This document shows positions 8,401-16,850 of a stretch of DNA of 32,000 nucleotides, in pieces. The position numbers and the translations under genes were made by a program. Source of the stretch: Pseudidiomarina andamanensis (GTDB lineage: Bacteria > Pseudomonadota > Gammaproteobacteria > Enterobacterales > Alteromonadaceae); the NCBI RefSeq assembly GCF_009734345.1, contig NZ_CP032551.1, positions 60,001 to 92,000 on the forward strand, given 5' to 3'. Numbering within the stretch: position 1 is the first letter of the stretch; the number at the start of each line of letters is the position of its first letter. The notes beneath the pieces are model-generated. The model worked only from the letters and a program-made list of their open reading frames with translations. It was not told the DNA's origin and made no database searches.

Positions 8401-9963
8401 ATGAGCGAGCAGTCACAGGTCACGAATATTCAAACAATAATTAATCATGTCACCAAGCTTTTGAAAGACGGCCAACCAGCTGAAGCATTAGCTTTTCTCG
8501 AGTCTTCACTAAAAAGCGAACCTCAGTCTGCGCCTTTGCTGCATTTGATTGCACAAGTGAAAAATAAACTGGGCGACATTTCCGGGGCGCTCGATTATTT
8601 GAACAAAGCAATTGAAATTCTTCCTGAGCACCTTGTGCTGCAAATTGATCGTTTGTATGTGCTTGAGCGGTTGCGACAGCGCGAAGCGCTCCACAAGGCA
8701 TTGGAGCAGGCTGAGCAGTTAGAACCTAGTAATCAAAAGTATCAACAACAGCTTGCACGTTTTTATACGCAACTTGATAAGCCAGAACGCGCGTTATCGA
8801 TCATCAAACGCCTACGTAAGCAACATGCCGACGATACCGTATTGATGTTCGATGAAGCGTTAAATACATGGTTTAGCGGTGAAGTTAAAGCGGCTGAAAA
8901 AATTACAGAGTCGGTATGCGCAAGTGAGCAGGCGCCATCGATGGCATTCTATGTACGCTCATTACTACGCAAACAAACCAAAGCACGCAACCATGTTGAC
9001 GATATGGCAGCACGCGCACGCAAAACAGAGGTGGCTGATACACCATTATGGTTTGCTTTAGCGAAAGAATATGATGATTTAGGCTTACATGAGTTGGCCG
9101 TTAATGCTGCCGAGGTTGGTAATGCATTACAAAAGAAGGTCACACCTTACAACGAAGCCGCAGAACTTGAAGCGCTGAAGCAGATACGCTTGGTAGCGAA
9201 TTCTTGGAAAGGCCAGGGGCGCGGCAACAAGAAAACTGATGTTACACCGGTGTTCATTGTCGGTATGCCAAATACCGGAGCTACCCTAGTAGAGCGTATG
9301 TTGTCGGTAAGCCCACAGGTGAAATCACTCGGCGAATTCGCTGATTTTCCGTTGTTGTTAAACCAAGCCATTGAGCGCTACGTAGCTGAAAACAGCACCG
9401 CAACGCGTGAGCAAGCCATCACCGAGTTGAATTACACTGAGCTCGGTAAAGCTTATTTAGCACAAATTTCCGAGGTAGCTGACGGCCATTCGTTTGTCAT
9501 CGATAAGCTGCCTTTCAACTTCTTATATTGTGGCATCATTCAGAAGGCACTACCGACTGCGAAGATTATTCATGTTTCTCGTGATTCTCTCGATACCTGT
9601 TGGTCAATTTATCGCTCGTTATATGCTGGTCGCTACGCTTATGCGTACAATCAAGCTGAACTGGGCCGTTACTATCGGCACTATCAAGACATTATGGAAG
9701 CTTGGCATCACGCGCTTGGTGAGCAGTTACTGAATGTGTCCTATGAACAGCTGGTTGCCAATACCGAAGCAACTCAAGCACAACTGTCGAGTTTCTGTGG
9801 TTTGCCGATTGAGAGCGACGAGAAGGTGATGGTTAATCAGGTGCCTAGCGTTTCAACTGCGCGTGGCGAGCCGATGATTACGAAGGTATATAAGCACGCA
9901 GTAGGACGTGCCAAACCTTATGCGGATTATCTGCAGGACCTTGTACAAGCTTTGAATGACTGA
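8401..9963 (+). CDS. TPR-repeat protein with a C-terminal PAPS-type sulfotransferase domain.
   Basis: The N-terminal ~270 aa are helical TPR-like. Then a 5'-PSB-like loop VFIVGMPNTGATLVERML and a 3'-PB-like HVSRDSLDTCWSIY. No signal peptide. Confidence 0.75.
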   Translation: MSEQSQVTNIQTIINHVTKLLKDGQPAEALAFLESSLKSEPQSAPLLHLIAQVKNKLGDISGALDYLNKAIEILPEHLVLQIDRLYVLERLRQREALHKALEQAEQLEPSNQKYQQQLARFYTQLDKPERALSIIKRLRKQHADDTVLMFDEALNTWFSGEVKAAEKITESVCASEQAPSMAFYVRSLLRKQTKARNHVDDMAARARKTEVADTPLWFALAKEYDDLGLHELAVNAAEVGNALQKKVTPYNEAAELEALKQIRLVANSWKGQGRGNKKTDVTPVFIVGMPNTGATLVERMLSVSPQVKSLGEFADFPLLLNQAIERYVAENSTATREQAITELNYTELGKAYLAQISEVADGHSFVIDKLPFNFLYCGIIQKALPTAKIIHVSRDSLDTCWSIYRSLYAGRYAYAYNQAELGRYYRHYQDIMEAWHHALGEQLLNVSYEQLVANTEATQAQLSSFCGLPIESDEKVMVNQVPSVSTARGEPMITKVYKHAVGRAKPYADYLQDLVQALND

Positions 9964-11441
9964 TGCACGTGCAAAACCAGCAACTCATGTATCTCACTGA
10001 ACAATTGGCTAAGCAGCCTCACAATTTGGGGCTGCTTGATCAATTGGCCGCACTTTATCTTCAGCTAAAGCAACCAGAGCAAGCGTCTGATATCTATCTT
10101 CGCTATATTGCAGAACATAAAACGCATGCCGGCGCACAATTTAATTGTGCTTATTATGCGCGTTTGGCTGGACGCTATGAGCAGGCTATTGATTATTATC
10201 GACGGGCGTTGGCTTTAGGTATTGATGGTGCTGAAGAGGTGTACGCCAATATCGGTGTTATTTATAACGAGGGATTGTTGGATAATGACCATGCGCAAGA
10301 GGCCTTTAAACAAGCATTAACCATTAATCCGAACTATGTTCCGGCGCTTTATAATTTAGCGAATAGCTACGAGCAAGACGGCGATAAGGCAAATGCAGCA
10401 CACTATTTTAATCGTGTCATTGAGCAGGAGCCGAATTTCGTCATGGCTTATGTGCGGCTAGCTGATGTGTACACGGCTGACACGGCTGACGATGCACTCA
10501 TTCTCAAGCTTATGGCTTTCTTTAAAGCCGCTGCATGCTCCCTTGATGAACAAATCGACATTGCCTATGCGTTGGGAAAATTATTCGATGACTGCGGCAG
10601 TTACGACCAAGCCTGGCATTATTATTGTGAAGCCAATAACTTAAACGCGCGGACCATGCCGGCATGGTCGCGGAACGAACAATTGCGGTTGTTGAACGAA
10701 ATAAAACAGACATTTTCAGCAGAATCATTCACCGCTGCGGAATCAGGCAACCTGCAACCAGTGTTTATTTGCGGCATGTATCGCTCCGGTTCAACGTTAC
10801 TTGAGCAAATGCTTGGCGCACATGATGCGATAACCAATGGCGGTGAGCTCGAATACTTCCCGCGCTTATGGCAAAGCGTTGAGCGCGAGGGTTTAAGTGC
10901 ATATTGTTCAAAGATGTCTGAAGAGGATTTTAAGACGCTAGGTGAAGACTATACGCGTTTTGTTGAAACGCGATTTGAGAACGGCGGTATCGTCACCGAT
11001 AAACGTCCCGACAATATTTGGCGTTTAGGGCTGATTAAACGTGCTGTTCCGAATGCCAAGTTTATTGTGACGCAGCGCCAGTTATTGGATAACTGTTTAT
11101 CGGTTTACTTTACTCGTTTGAATGCATCGATGAATTATGCGAATTCAATTCAAGATATTTTGGATTTTCTCGAATTGGAACAGCAGCTGTTGGCGCATTG
11201 GCAATCGATATTTGGCGATGACTTGATTGTTGTTGATTACGATAAACTCGTGCGCGATCCAGAAGCCACGTTGCGTCCGGTTTTTGAATGGCTTGGGCTG
11301 CCTTGGCAAAGTGACTGCTTGACGTTTCATCAACGCCACAATAGTGTGCGCACCGCCAGTGTCTGGCAAGTGCGACAACCGCTGTATCAACGTTCTTCTG
11401 GACGATTCAAAAACTACGAGCGGTTTCTATCAAGCCGGTGA
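9963..11441 (+). CDS. TPR-repeat protein with a C-terminal PAPS-type sulfotransferase domain (second copy).
   Basis: TGATG overlap with the upstream gene. TPR motifs (e.g. AIDYYRRALALG, AFKQALTINPNYVPALYNLANSY). 5'-PSB-like VFICGMYRSGSTLLEQML and 3'-PB-like VTQRQLLDNCLSVYF. Confidence 0.8.
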   Translation: MHVQNQQLMYLTEQLAKQPHNLGLLDQLAALYLQLKQPEQASDIYLRYIAEHKTHAGAQFNCAYYARLAGRYEQAIDYYRRALALGIDGAEEVYANIGVIYNEGLLDNDHAQEAFKQALTINPNYVPALYNLANSYEQDGDKANAAHYFNRVIEQEPNFVMAYVRLADVYTADTADDALILKLMAFFKAAACSLDEQIDIAYALGKLFDDCGSYDQAWHYYCEANNLNARTMPAWSRNEQLRLLNEIKQTFSAESFTAAESGNLQPVFICGMYRSGSTLLEQMLGAHDAITNGGELEYFPRLWQSVEREGLSAYCSKMSEEDFKTLGEDYTRFVETRFENGGIVTDKRPDNIWRLGLIKRAVPNAKFIVTQRQLLDNCLSVYFTRLNASMNYANSIQDILDFLELEQQLLAHWQSIFGDDLIVVDYDKLVRDPEATLRPVFEWLGLPWQSDCLTFHQRHNSVRTASVWQVRQPLYQRSSGRFKNYERFLSSR

Positions 11442-13040
11442 TATGTCGCATGGCGCCGTCATGCGTATGCCATCACCATGAAATGGAACGGTGCCGTGGA
11501 AGAAATAACTCGGAAAGAATACACAATAGCCAACTTGAGGGCATACCGCATAGGTACGCTCCTCAACACCAGGTAATTCGAGCCCCGACTCACCAAATTT
11601 AATCCAGCCCGCGTGAGTCGGGTCATCCTCTTTGACTTGCTTGGGCAACTGAATGTAAGTGCAGCATGAAATCCAGCCTTCGGGGTGAACATGATTCGAA
11701 TGAAAGCCGTTTTCAGTCAAACGCACCGACCATGCACCGGTGAAGCGAACGCCATCGGTTTTCCGAGATAACAATGGATGCTTCGGATCATTCGGTAATT
11801 GCGCAACATAGCTCTCGGCTGCTGTTGCAATCATTTGCTTGAAGGTTTGCAATATCGGTTGGTTTTGCGCGAACAAGTTACCGACGGTTTGGGTACCATG
11901 GCGGACACTCTGATCGAGTGGTTGCTGATGCGTTTTGTGCAGCTCTTGTAATGTTTCTGCGAGCTCAGACATAAAATGTTCCGTTGACGCATAGTCAGAA
12001 GGCGCCTGTAACGGAATGATCTTCACAAAATTAGAGTAGTCATTTAGACGTTCAGCCTGAGGGTTTTCCAGCGCATGGAGGCAAAGTGCTTTGTAAGCTA
12101 TTACCTCTTGGCTGTGTGGGTGTAATTTCTCAGCCGCCTTCAAGTGCTCAAGCGCTGATTCAAACTGGCCTTTGCGCATGAGTGTTGTGGCGATATCAAT
12201 GCGGTGGCGGATCACATTTGGCTGCAATTGAAGCGCCTTATCAAAGCTTTCGAGTGCTTCATCAATGCGGTCAAAGCGGCTCAAAGCTGAACCTTTCAGG
12301 TGATGAAACTCCGCCCAGTCAGGAAATTTAGACAATACGTCAGTACAAGTCTGAATACAGTTATCGTAACGCCCAGCCATTAGTTGATGCGCGGCAAGAC
12401 TATATTTTAATGCTCTGGATTGCGGTAAGCGTTGCAGCGCCGCGTCAATAGATGTCAAGAACTTCTCTTGTGGACCATGCTCCCAATAGAGTTTATTCAG
12501 CGCCACATGAGCATCAATGTATTCAGGTAATTGTTTGACGAGATTCAGTAATACCGCTTCAGTATCTTGGTAACGCTCTAAATCGTAATCAATACACGCT
12601 AGCAAATAATCAACCAGTGGCGAGGGTTGCGATAACTGTTGTTTCGCCTTTGCGATAGCTTGCAACGCTTGCTCGGGTAGTCCCATGCTGCGAAATAGTT
12701 GAGCATGAAGCAGATAAGGTTCGAATTGATTAGGTAACTGGCGTTGTAACTCGTGAATATGTTCTTCAGCCAAGTTGAAAAAGCCGTGCTTGATGTACAA
12801 ATTAATGAGGGTTTTACGAGACGGCGTATGTTCAGGGTGATGCTTTAGAGCGACTTTCAAGTTTTCGGCGGCGGCTTTGGGCTGATACTGATGTTGTAAA
12901 CTCAATGCGAGAATATGAAGGACATCGGGGTGCTTGGCATCGAAGCGAAGCAGATGCCGACATTGATGCTCCGCCTCTTTATACTGTTCTGCCCGAAAGG
13001 CACTGACAGCTTGTTTGAACAATTTTTGTACATCGGTCAT
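11430..13040 (-). CDS. TPR-repeat protein with a C-terminal putative 2OG-Fe(II) oxygenase domain (PF13759/TIGR02466-like).
   Basis: About 330 aa of TPR-like helices. The C-terminal ~200 aa carry WSVRLTENGFHSNHVHPEGWISCCTYIQLP ... GWIKFGE ... VFFPSYFFHGTVPF (His-x-His ... His arrangement). The family assignment is from memory of these motifs. Confidence 0.65.
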   Translation of the reverse strand: MTDVQKLFKQAVSAFRAEQYKEAEHQCRHLLRFDAKHPDVLHILALSLQHQYQPKAAAENLKVALKHHPEHTPSRKTLINLYIKHGFFNLAEEHIHELQRQLPNQFEPYLLHAQLFRSMGLPEQALQAIAKAKQQLSQPSPLVDYLLACIDYDLERYQDTEAVLLNLVKQLPEYIDAHVALNKLYWEHGPQEKFLTSIDAALQRLPQSRALKYSLAAHQLMAGRYDNCIQTCTDVLSKFPDWAEFHHLKGSALSRFDRIDEALESFDKALQLQPNVIRHRIDIATTLMRKGQFESALEHLKAAEKLHPHSQEVIAYKALCLHALENPQAERLNDYSNFVKIIPLQAPSDYASTEHFMSELAETLQELHKTHQQPLDQSVRHGTQTVGNLFAQNQPILQTFKQMIATAAESYVAQLPNDPKHPLLSRKTDGVRFTGAWSVRLTENGFHSNHVHPEGWISCCTYIQLPKQVKEDDPTHAGWIKFGESGLELPGVEERTYAVCPQVGYCVFFPSYFFHGTVPFHGDGIRMTAPCDISPA

Positions 13041-13126
13041 GGTTACTACACTTTTTATTATTATTGTTGTGTAGATTTTGTACCATTGAGCGACGAATGG
13101 ATCAAGTTTTGCGATGAGTTACATGC

Positions 13127-13203
13127 TGGCGTCTCCGGCAGGAGTCGAACCTGCGACCTGCCCCTTAGGAGGGGGCTGCTCTATCCAGCTGAGCTACGGA
13201 GAC
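13127..13203 (-). tRNA. tRNA-Arg (anticodon CCT).
   Basis: The reverse complement folds as a 77-nt cloverleaf: acceptor GTCTCCG/CGGAGAC, D arm GCTC..GAGC, anticodon stem GCCCC/GGGGC with loop CTCCTAA, T arm GCAGG TTCGACT CCTGC, encoded CCA. Confidence 0.95.
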
Positions 13204-13223
13204 ATACACTTTATACTAGACAT

Positions 13224-13249
13224 AAAAAAACCAGCCGCAGCTGGTTTTT
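13224..13249 (-). terminator. Candidate rpsT terminator; the hairpin is symmetrical, so it could act in both directions.
   Basis: aaaaaaa-ccagc-cgca-gctgg-ttttt. The GC stem is short (5 bp) and is extended by A/T pairing. Confidence 0.5.
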
Positions 13250-13285
13250 CTAAATCGTACGTCGGTAACGCAACCGAACAGCGTC

Positions 13286-13546
13286 TTACAGAGCGCTGAT
13301 TTTCGCGTTCAAACGACTCTTATGACGAGACGCTTTGTTTTTACCGATGAGACCTTTAGTCGCGTAACGGTCAAGTACCGGTTGAAGGCTAGTAAATGCC
13401 TGCTGTGCAGTCGCTTTATCGCCTGCTTCAATTGCAGCAGTTACTTTCTTCATCAAGGTACGCATCATTGAGCGACGGCTCGCGTTGTGGCGACGGTTCT
13501 TTTCCGCTTGTACCGCACGCTTTTTAGCAGACTTAATGTTAGCCAA
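13286..13546 (-). CDS. rpsT: 30S ribosomal protein S20.
   Basis: [30 protein letters not shown]... is near-identical in pattern to enterobacterial S20. AGGAG Shine-Dalgarno. Confidence 0.97.
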   Translation of the reverse strand: MANIKSAKKRAVQAEKNRRHNASRRSMMRTLMKKVTAAIEAGDKATAQQAFTSLQPVLDRYATKGLIGKNKASRHKSRLNAKISAL

Positions 13547-13597
13547 GGTGAACTCCTAAAATTCGTTATCTATGTGCAATGGTTTTGTAGGGCGGGG

Positions 13598-13626
13598 AAT
13601 ATGCCTGTTTTCGAGCCTAAAGTCAA
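13598..13626 (-). promoter_or_regulatory. Candidate rpsT sigma70 promoter.
   Basis: On the minus strand: TTGACT (13621-13626), 17-nt spacer, CATATT (13598-13603). Confidence 0.4.
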
Positions 13627-13636
13627 GAGCGAAGTT

Positions 13637-13678
13637 CGTTATTGGTTATTAGTTATTCGTTATTAGTTATTGGTTGGT
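13637..13678. repeat. Heptamer array, left arm of pair A: 6 units of NGTTATT.
   Basis: cgttatt ggttatt agttatt cgttatt agttatt ggttggt, read directly. Confidence 0.9.
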
Positions 13679-13778
13679 GTATTGTAATTGATTGATTGAA
13701 TTCAACATGGAGGTTGATATGAAAGCTCGTTTAATCGTCAAAGAAATTGCTATTGAATTGTGAGTTTATGTCTATGAA

Positions 13779-14072
13779 TTGACTAAAGCGTTTCCATATG
13801 AAGAACGTTACGGTTTGAGTAGTCAAATTAGGCGGTGTGCTGTTAGCGTTCCGAGTAATATTGCTGAGGGAGCGAATAGGCATTCGATTAAGGATTTTCT
13901 TCGATTCTTGTACATAGCTAAAGGCTCGCTTTCAGAGCTTGAAACACAACTTACAATTGCTGTTCGCTTAGGTTATATCTCTGACTTTGCAAATGATTTA
14001 TTATCTCGTACGCTCATGCTTATAAATGCGCTGATAAAATCGCTCAAACTACGAGTAACGAATAACCAATAA
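13779..14072 (+). CDS. Four-helix-bundle protein of the '23S rRNA intervening-sequence protein' family (PF05635/TIGR02436-like). Probably N-terminally damaged, possibly a pseudogene.
   Basis: ERYGLSSQIRRCAVSVPSNIAEGANRHSIKDFLRFLYIAKGSLSELETQLTIAVRLGYI matches the family signature. The only in-frame start left is TTG 13779. An upstream in-frame ATG (13719) is cut off by TGA at 13761-13763. Confidence 0.6.
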   Translation: MTKAFPYEERYGLSSQIRRCAVSVPSNIAEGANRHSIKDFLRFLYIAKGSLSELETQLTIAVRLGYISDFANDLLSRTLMLINALIKSLKLRVTNNQ

Positions 14073-14088
14073 CGAATAACGAACAACG
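14054..14088. repeat. Heptamer array, right arm of pair A: 5 units of AATAACN.
   Basis: agtaacg aataacc aataacg aataacg aacaacg. This array encodes the last residues (RVTNNQ) and the stop of the four-helix-bundle ORF. Confidence 0.9.
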
Positions 14089-14096
14089 GGGTTCTC

Positions 14097-15638
14097 TTGT
14101 CAAAGTCCTTAACTAAATCCGGCATCATTGTCAGCTTCATGACACTCATCTCGCGTGTGCTTGGGCTTGTGCGCGATGTGGTGATTGCGAACTTGATGGG
14201 GGCTGGGGCGGCGGCCGATGTGTTCTTCTTTGCGAACAAGATACCGAACTTTCTGCGTCGATTGTTTGCGGAAGGGGCGTTTGCGCAGGCGTTTGTGCCG
14301 GTACTGACTGAGTATAAGCAAGGTAAGACGCTGGATGAGCAGCGTTTGTTGATTGCTCGGGTGGCGGGTACGTTGGGTACGTTGGTGACGGTTGTGACAC
14401 TGGTGGGAGTGGTTGCCTCGCCGGTGGTGGCGGCGATGTTTGGTACGGGTTGGTTTCTTGATTGGTATCACGATGGTCCGCAAGGGCATAAGTTTGTTTT
14501 GGCGGCCGACTTGCTGCGTATTACGTTTCCGTATTTGTGGTTTATTACCTTTACCGCCTTAGCCGGCGCGATTTTAAATACGATTGGTAAGTTCGCGGTG
14601 GCGGCGTTTACGCCGGTATTTTTGAATATTGCGATTATTGTTTTCGCGATATGGCTTGGGCCGCAACTTGATCAACCCGAATATGCGCTAGCATGGGGTG
14701 TGTTTGTTGGTGGTGCCGTACAGTTCTTATTTCAAATTCCGTTTTTGAAGCGGGCAGGGTTATTGGTTCGTCCGCGATGGGGATGGCGAGACCCTGGCGT
14801 CACTAAAATCCGCACGTTAATGATTCCTGCCTTATTTGGGGTGTCGGTTAGTCAGATTAACCTACTATTGGATACGTTTATTGCATCGTTTTTAATGAGT
14901 GGTTCAATTAGCTGGTTATATTACTCCGACCGGTTATTGGAATTTCCGTTGGGATTATTTGGCATTGCGATTGCGACCGTTATTTTGCCAGCGTTAAGCT
15001 CACGTCATGTGGACAAGTCAGCCGAAGAGTTCAGCCGTACGTTGGATTGGGGTATTCGTACGGTTGTATTGCTTGGATTACCAGCCATGTGCGGTTTGAT
15101 TGTGCTTGCGGAGCCGATGCTGATGGTGTTGTTCATGCGCGGTGAATTCACGCCTGAAGATGCGCGCTTGGCCTCTTATAGTTTGTTTGCGTATGGCTCG
15201 GGCTTACTGAGTTTCATGTTGGTGAAGGTATTGGCGACTGGATTCTATTCACGCCAAGATACCAAGCGACCCGTGAAGTACGGCATTATCGCCATGATTT
15301 CAAACATGGTGTTCAATATCATTTTCGCGATTCCTTATGGTTATGTCGGTTTAGCCATTGCAACGTCTCTTTCTGCCGCTGTTAACGCCGGTTTGTTGGG
15401 CTATAACCTGTGGCGCGACGGTGTGCTCAAACGTTATCCCGGGACACTAACTTATCTCACCAAAGTAGCGCTATCTGTGGCCGCGATGGTTGCGGTGGTG
15501 TTCTATCTTGTACCTGCTCGATCGTGGTGGCTTGCGGCTGAATTTGTTGATCGAGCGTGCCAGTTGGCGTTGCTAATTGGCGCTGGGGCGGGAACGTATT
15601 TGCTGTCCCTCCTCCTTCTTCGCGTGAAAGTTCGTTAA
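14097..15638 (+). CDS. murJ: Lipid II flippase MurJ (MviN).
   Basis: SGIIVSFMTLISRVLGLVRDVVIANLMGAGAAADVFFFANKIPNFLRRLFAEGAFAQAFVPVL is the conserved MurJ N-terminus. Polytopic membrane protein, 513 aa, TTG start. Confidence 0.93.
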   Translation: MSKSLTKSGIIVSFMTLISRVLGLVRDVVIANLMGAGAAADVFFFANKIPNFLRRLFAEGAFAQAFVPVLTEYKQGKTLDEQRLLIARVAGTLGTLVTVVTLVGVVASPVVAAMFGTGWFLDWYHDGPQGHKFVLAADLLRITFPYLWFITFTALAGAILNTIGKFAVAAFTPVFLNIAIIVFAIWLGPQLDQPEYALAWGVFVGGAVQFLFQIPFLKRAGLLVRPRWGWRDPGVTKIRTLMIPALFGVSVSQINLLLDTFIASFLMSGSISWLYYSDRLLEFPLGLFGIAIATVILPALSSRHVDKSAEEFSRTLDWGIRTVVLLGLPAMCGLIVLAEPMLMVLFMRGEFTPEDARLASYSLFAYGSGLLSFMLVKVLATGFYSRQDTKRPVKYGIIAMISNMVFNIIFAIPYGYVGLAIATSLSAAVNAGLLGYNLWRDGVLKRYPGTLTYLTKVALSVAAMVAVVFYLVPARSWWLAAEFVDRACQLALLIGAGAGTYLLSLLLLRVKVR

Positions 15639-15684
15639 TCGTTAATCGTTAATCGTTATTCGTTATTGGTTATTGGTTGTTCGT
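15633..15684. repeat. Heptamer array, left arm of pair B: about 7.5 units.
   Basis: cgttaat x3, cgttatt x2, ggttatt, ggttgtt, cgt. The murJ last codon and its TAA stop (15636-15638) lie inside the first unit. Confidence 0.9.
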
Positions 15685-15739
15685 AAAAGCAAAAACGGTA
15701 CTTGTTGTTAAGGCTTGGGTTGAGGGAGAGGGGGCTGGC

Positions 15740-16828
15740 ATGGGGCGGATCATAAATATATTTGTGGCATTTATGTTGGTGCTTGGGCTGCTTAGTTGTC
15801 AGGTACCGGATAGTGAGACTAAGGCGTCGGTAATTGATGAAAGCAGCCAAGAGATTCCTCATTCCTTTGTAATGGCTGAGCAATCTGAGTTACCAGAGCA
15901 TTCGCGTTTGGTCGAAACTTCCGCAGGACAATTTCATGTTCGTGCGATGGGGCTCAATAATCCCGGTCCAGCAGTGATTTTGCTAGCAGGGCCTAATTAC
16001 AATTACCACAGTGATAGCGCTTGGTTTGCTGCGCTCCAACCGCTATTGGCAGAGCAATATCGGGTGTACAGTGTTGATCGCCTTGGTAATGCGTTCAGCA
16101 GTAGTAGTGATGATTTGTCTTACCGTCGTTTTGCTGACGATTTGGCATTAGTGATGCAGCAGCTGGATGAGCCTAATTTGACTGTGGTGGCCTTTGCTAG
16201 CGCGAGTATTAGTGCACGTTGGTTCTATGAGCTGCATGGCGAGCAGTTTGATATTCAAGCCATGCTGTATATTGATCCGGATATTCCATTGGCGCATTCA
16301 TTGAGCTTGTATCAGGGCTATCCAGCTAACTGGTATCGAGATAATTTAGCGACGTTATTGCCGCATTTGGCTGCTGGCAATTGGACCGAACGAACCAAAG
16401 ACAAACTCGATGCGGAATATCAACAGATCAGACAATGGGCTGGTGAATATGGTACCGCCGTCGACTGGCGTTACTTGGAGCAAATCATGCAACAACGTTT
16501 GTTGATTTCGCATCAGCAAGCCAGAGCTCTTGAAATTGCTGCATATATTGCTGATTTAGACGGCTACGCGACGTTGCCCATGATAACCGCAATACCCGTC
16601 AGTGTGATTGACAGCGATTTTGAGCAGCAGGATATCGCCGCTGCGGCTGATGATGCTGAGCTATTAGCTGCGTTGCAAAAATGGCAGCAGGAAGGGAGTA
16701 CTTGGAGTGTCAATCAGGCTGCAGTGTCTAATGGCCAATATATTCCTCTAACTGGAAGCGACCACATGGTTCCATTACAACAACCACAAATCATCCAACA
16801 TGCTTTAGAGTGGCTCCTCAACCAATAG
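15740..16828 (+). CDS. Predicted lipoprotein with an alpha/beta-hydrolase-like fold.
   Basis: GGAGAGGGGG Shine-Dalgarno before ATG 15740. Signal peptide with lipobox VLGLLS-C. Fold hallmarks: AVILLAGPN, RVYSVDRLGNAFSS, variant nucleophile elbow VVAFASASIS (S-x-S-x-S rather than G-x-S-x-G), and C-terminal GSDHMVPLQQP. The longer ORF from 15677 reads through the repeat array and is less likely. Confidence 0.6.
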   Translation: MGRIINIFVAFMLVLGLLSCQVPDSETKASVIDESSQEIPHSFVMAEQSELPEHSRLVETSAGQFHVRAMGLNNPGPAVILLAGPNYNYHSDSAWFAALQPLLAEQYRVYSVDRLGNAFSSSSDDLSYRRFADDLALVMQQLDEPNLTVVAFASASISARWFYELHGEQFDIQAMLYIDPDIPLAHSLSLYQGYPANWYRDNLATLLPHLAAGNWTERTKDKLDAEYQQIRQWAGEYGTAVDWRYLEQIMQQRLLISHQQARALEIAAYIADLDGYATLPMITAIPVSVIDSDFEQQDIAAAADDAELLAALQKWQQEGSTWSVNQAAVSNGQYIPLTGSDHMVPLQQPQIIQHALEWLLNQ

Positions 16829-16850
16829 CTCTCTCGCTCGCGCTTTTTCG

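Noticed and set aside
2303-13203. A genomic island integrated at the 3' end of tRNA-Arg(CCT), comprising the TBDR / sulfotransferase / oxygenase block.
   Set aside because: I could find no integrase, no transposase and no direct repeat of the tRNA 3' end anywhere in 1-13126. Adjacency to a tRNA alone is not evidence.
13114-13299. Plus-strand ORFs 12915-13253 and 13114-13299.
   Set aside because: They run across the tRNA-Arg gene and the rpsT terminator. They are spurious.
13986-14035. An internal murJ promoter within the 3' part of the four-helix-bundle gene (ttgcaa ... and tgcttataaat).
   Set aside because: The hexamer matches and spacing are poor (no consensus -10 at 17 nt from TTGCAA; the TG is 2 nt rather than 1 nt from TATAAA). 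It is mentioned only as something to test by 5'-end mapping.
15677-15739. The longer N-terminus (MFVKAKTVLVVKAW...) for the lipoprotein gene.
   Set aside because: It starts inside heptamer array B and has no Shine-Dalgarno. ATG 15740 is preceded by GGAGAGGGGG and gives a canonical lipoprotein signal peptide.
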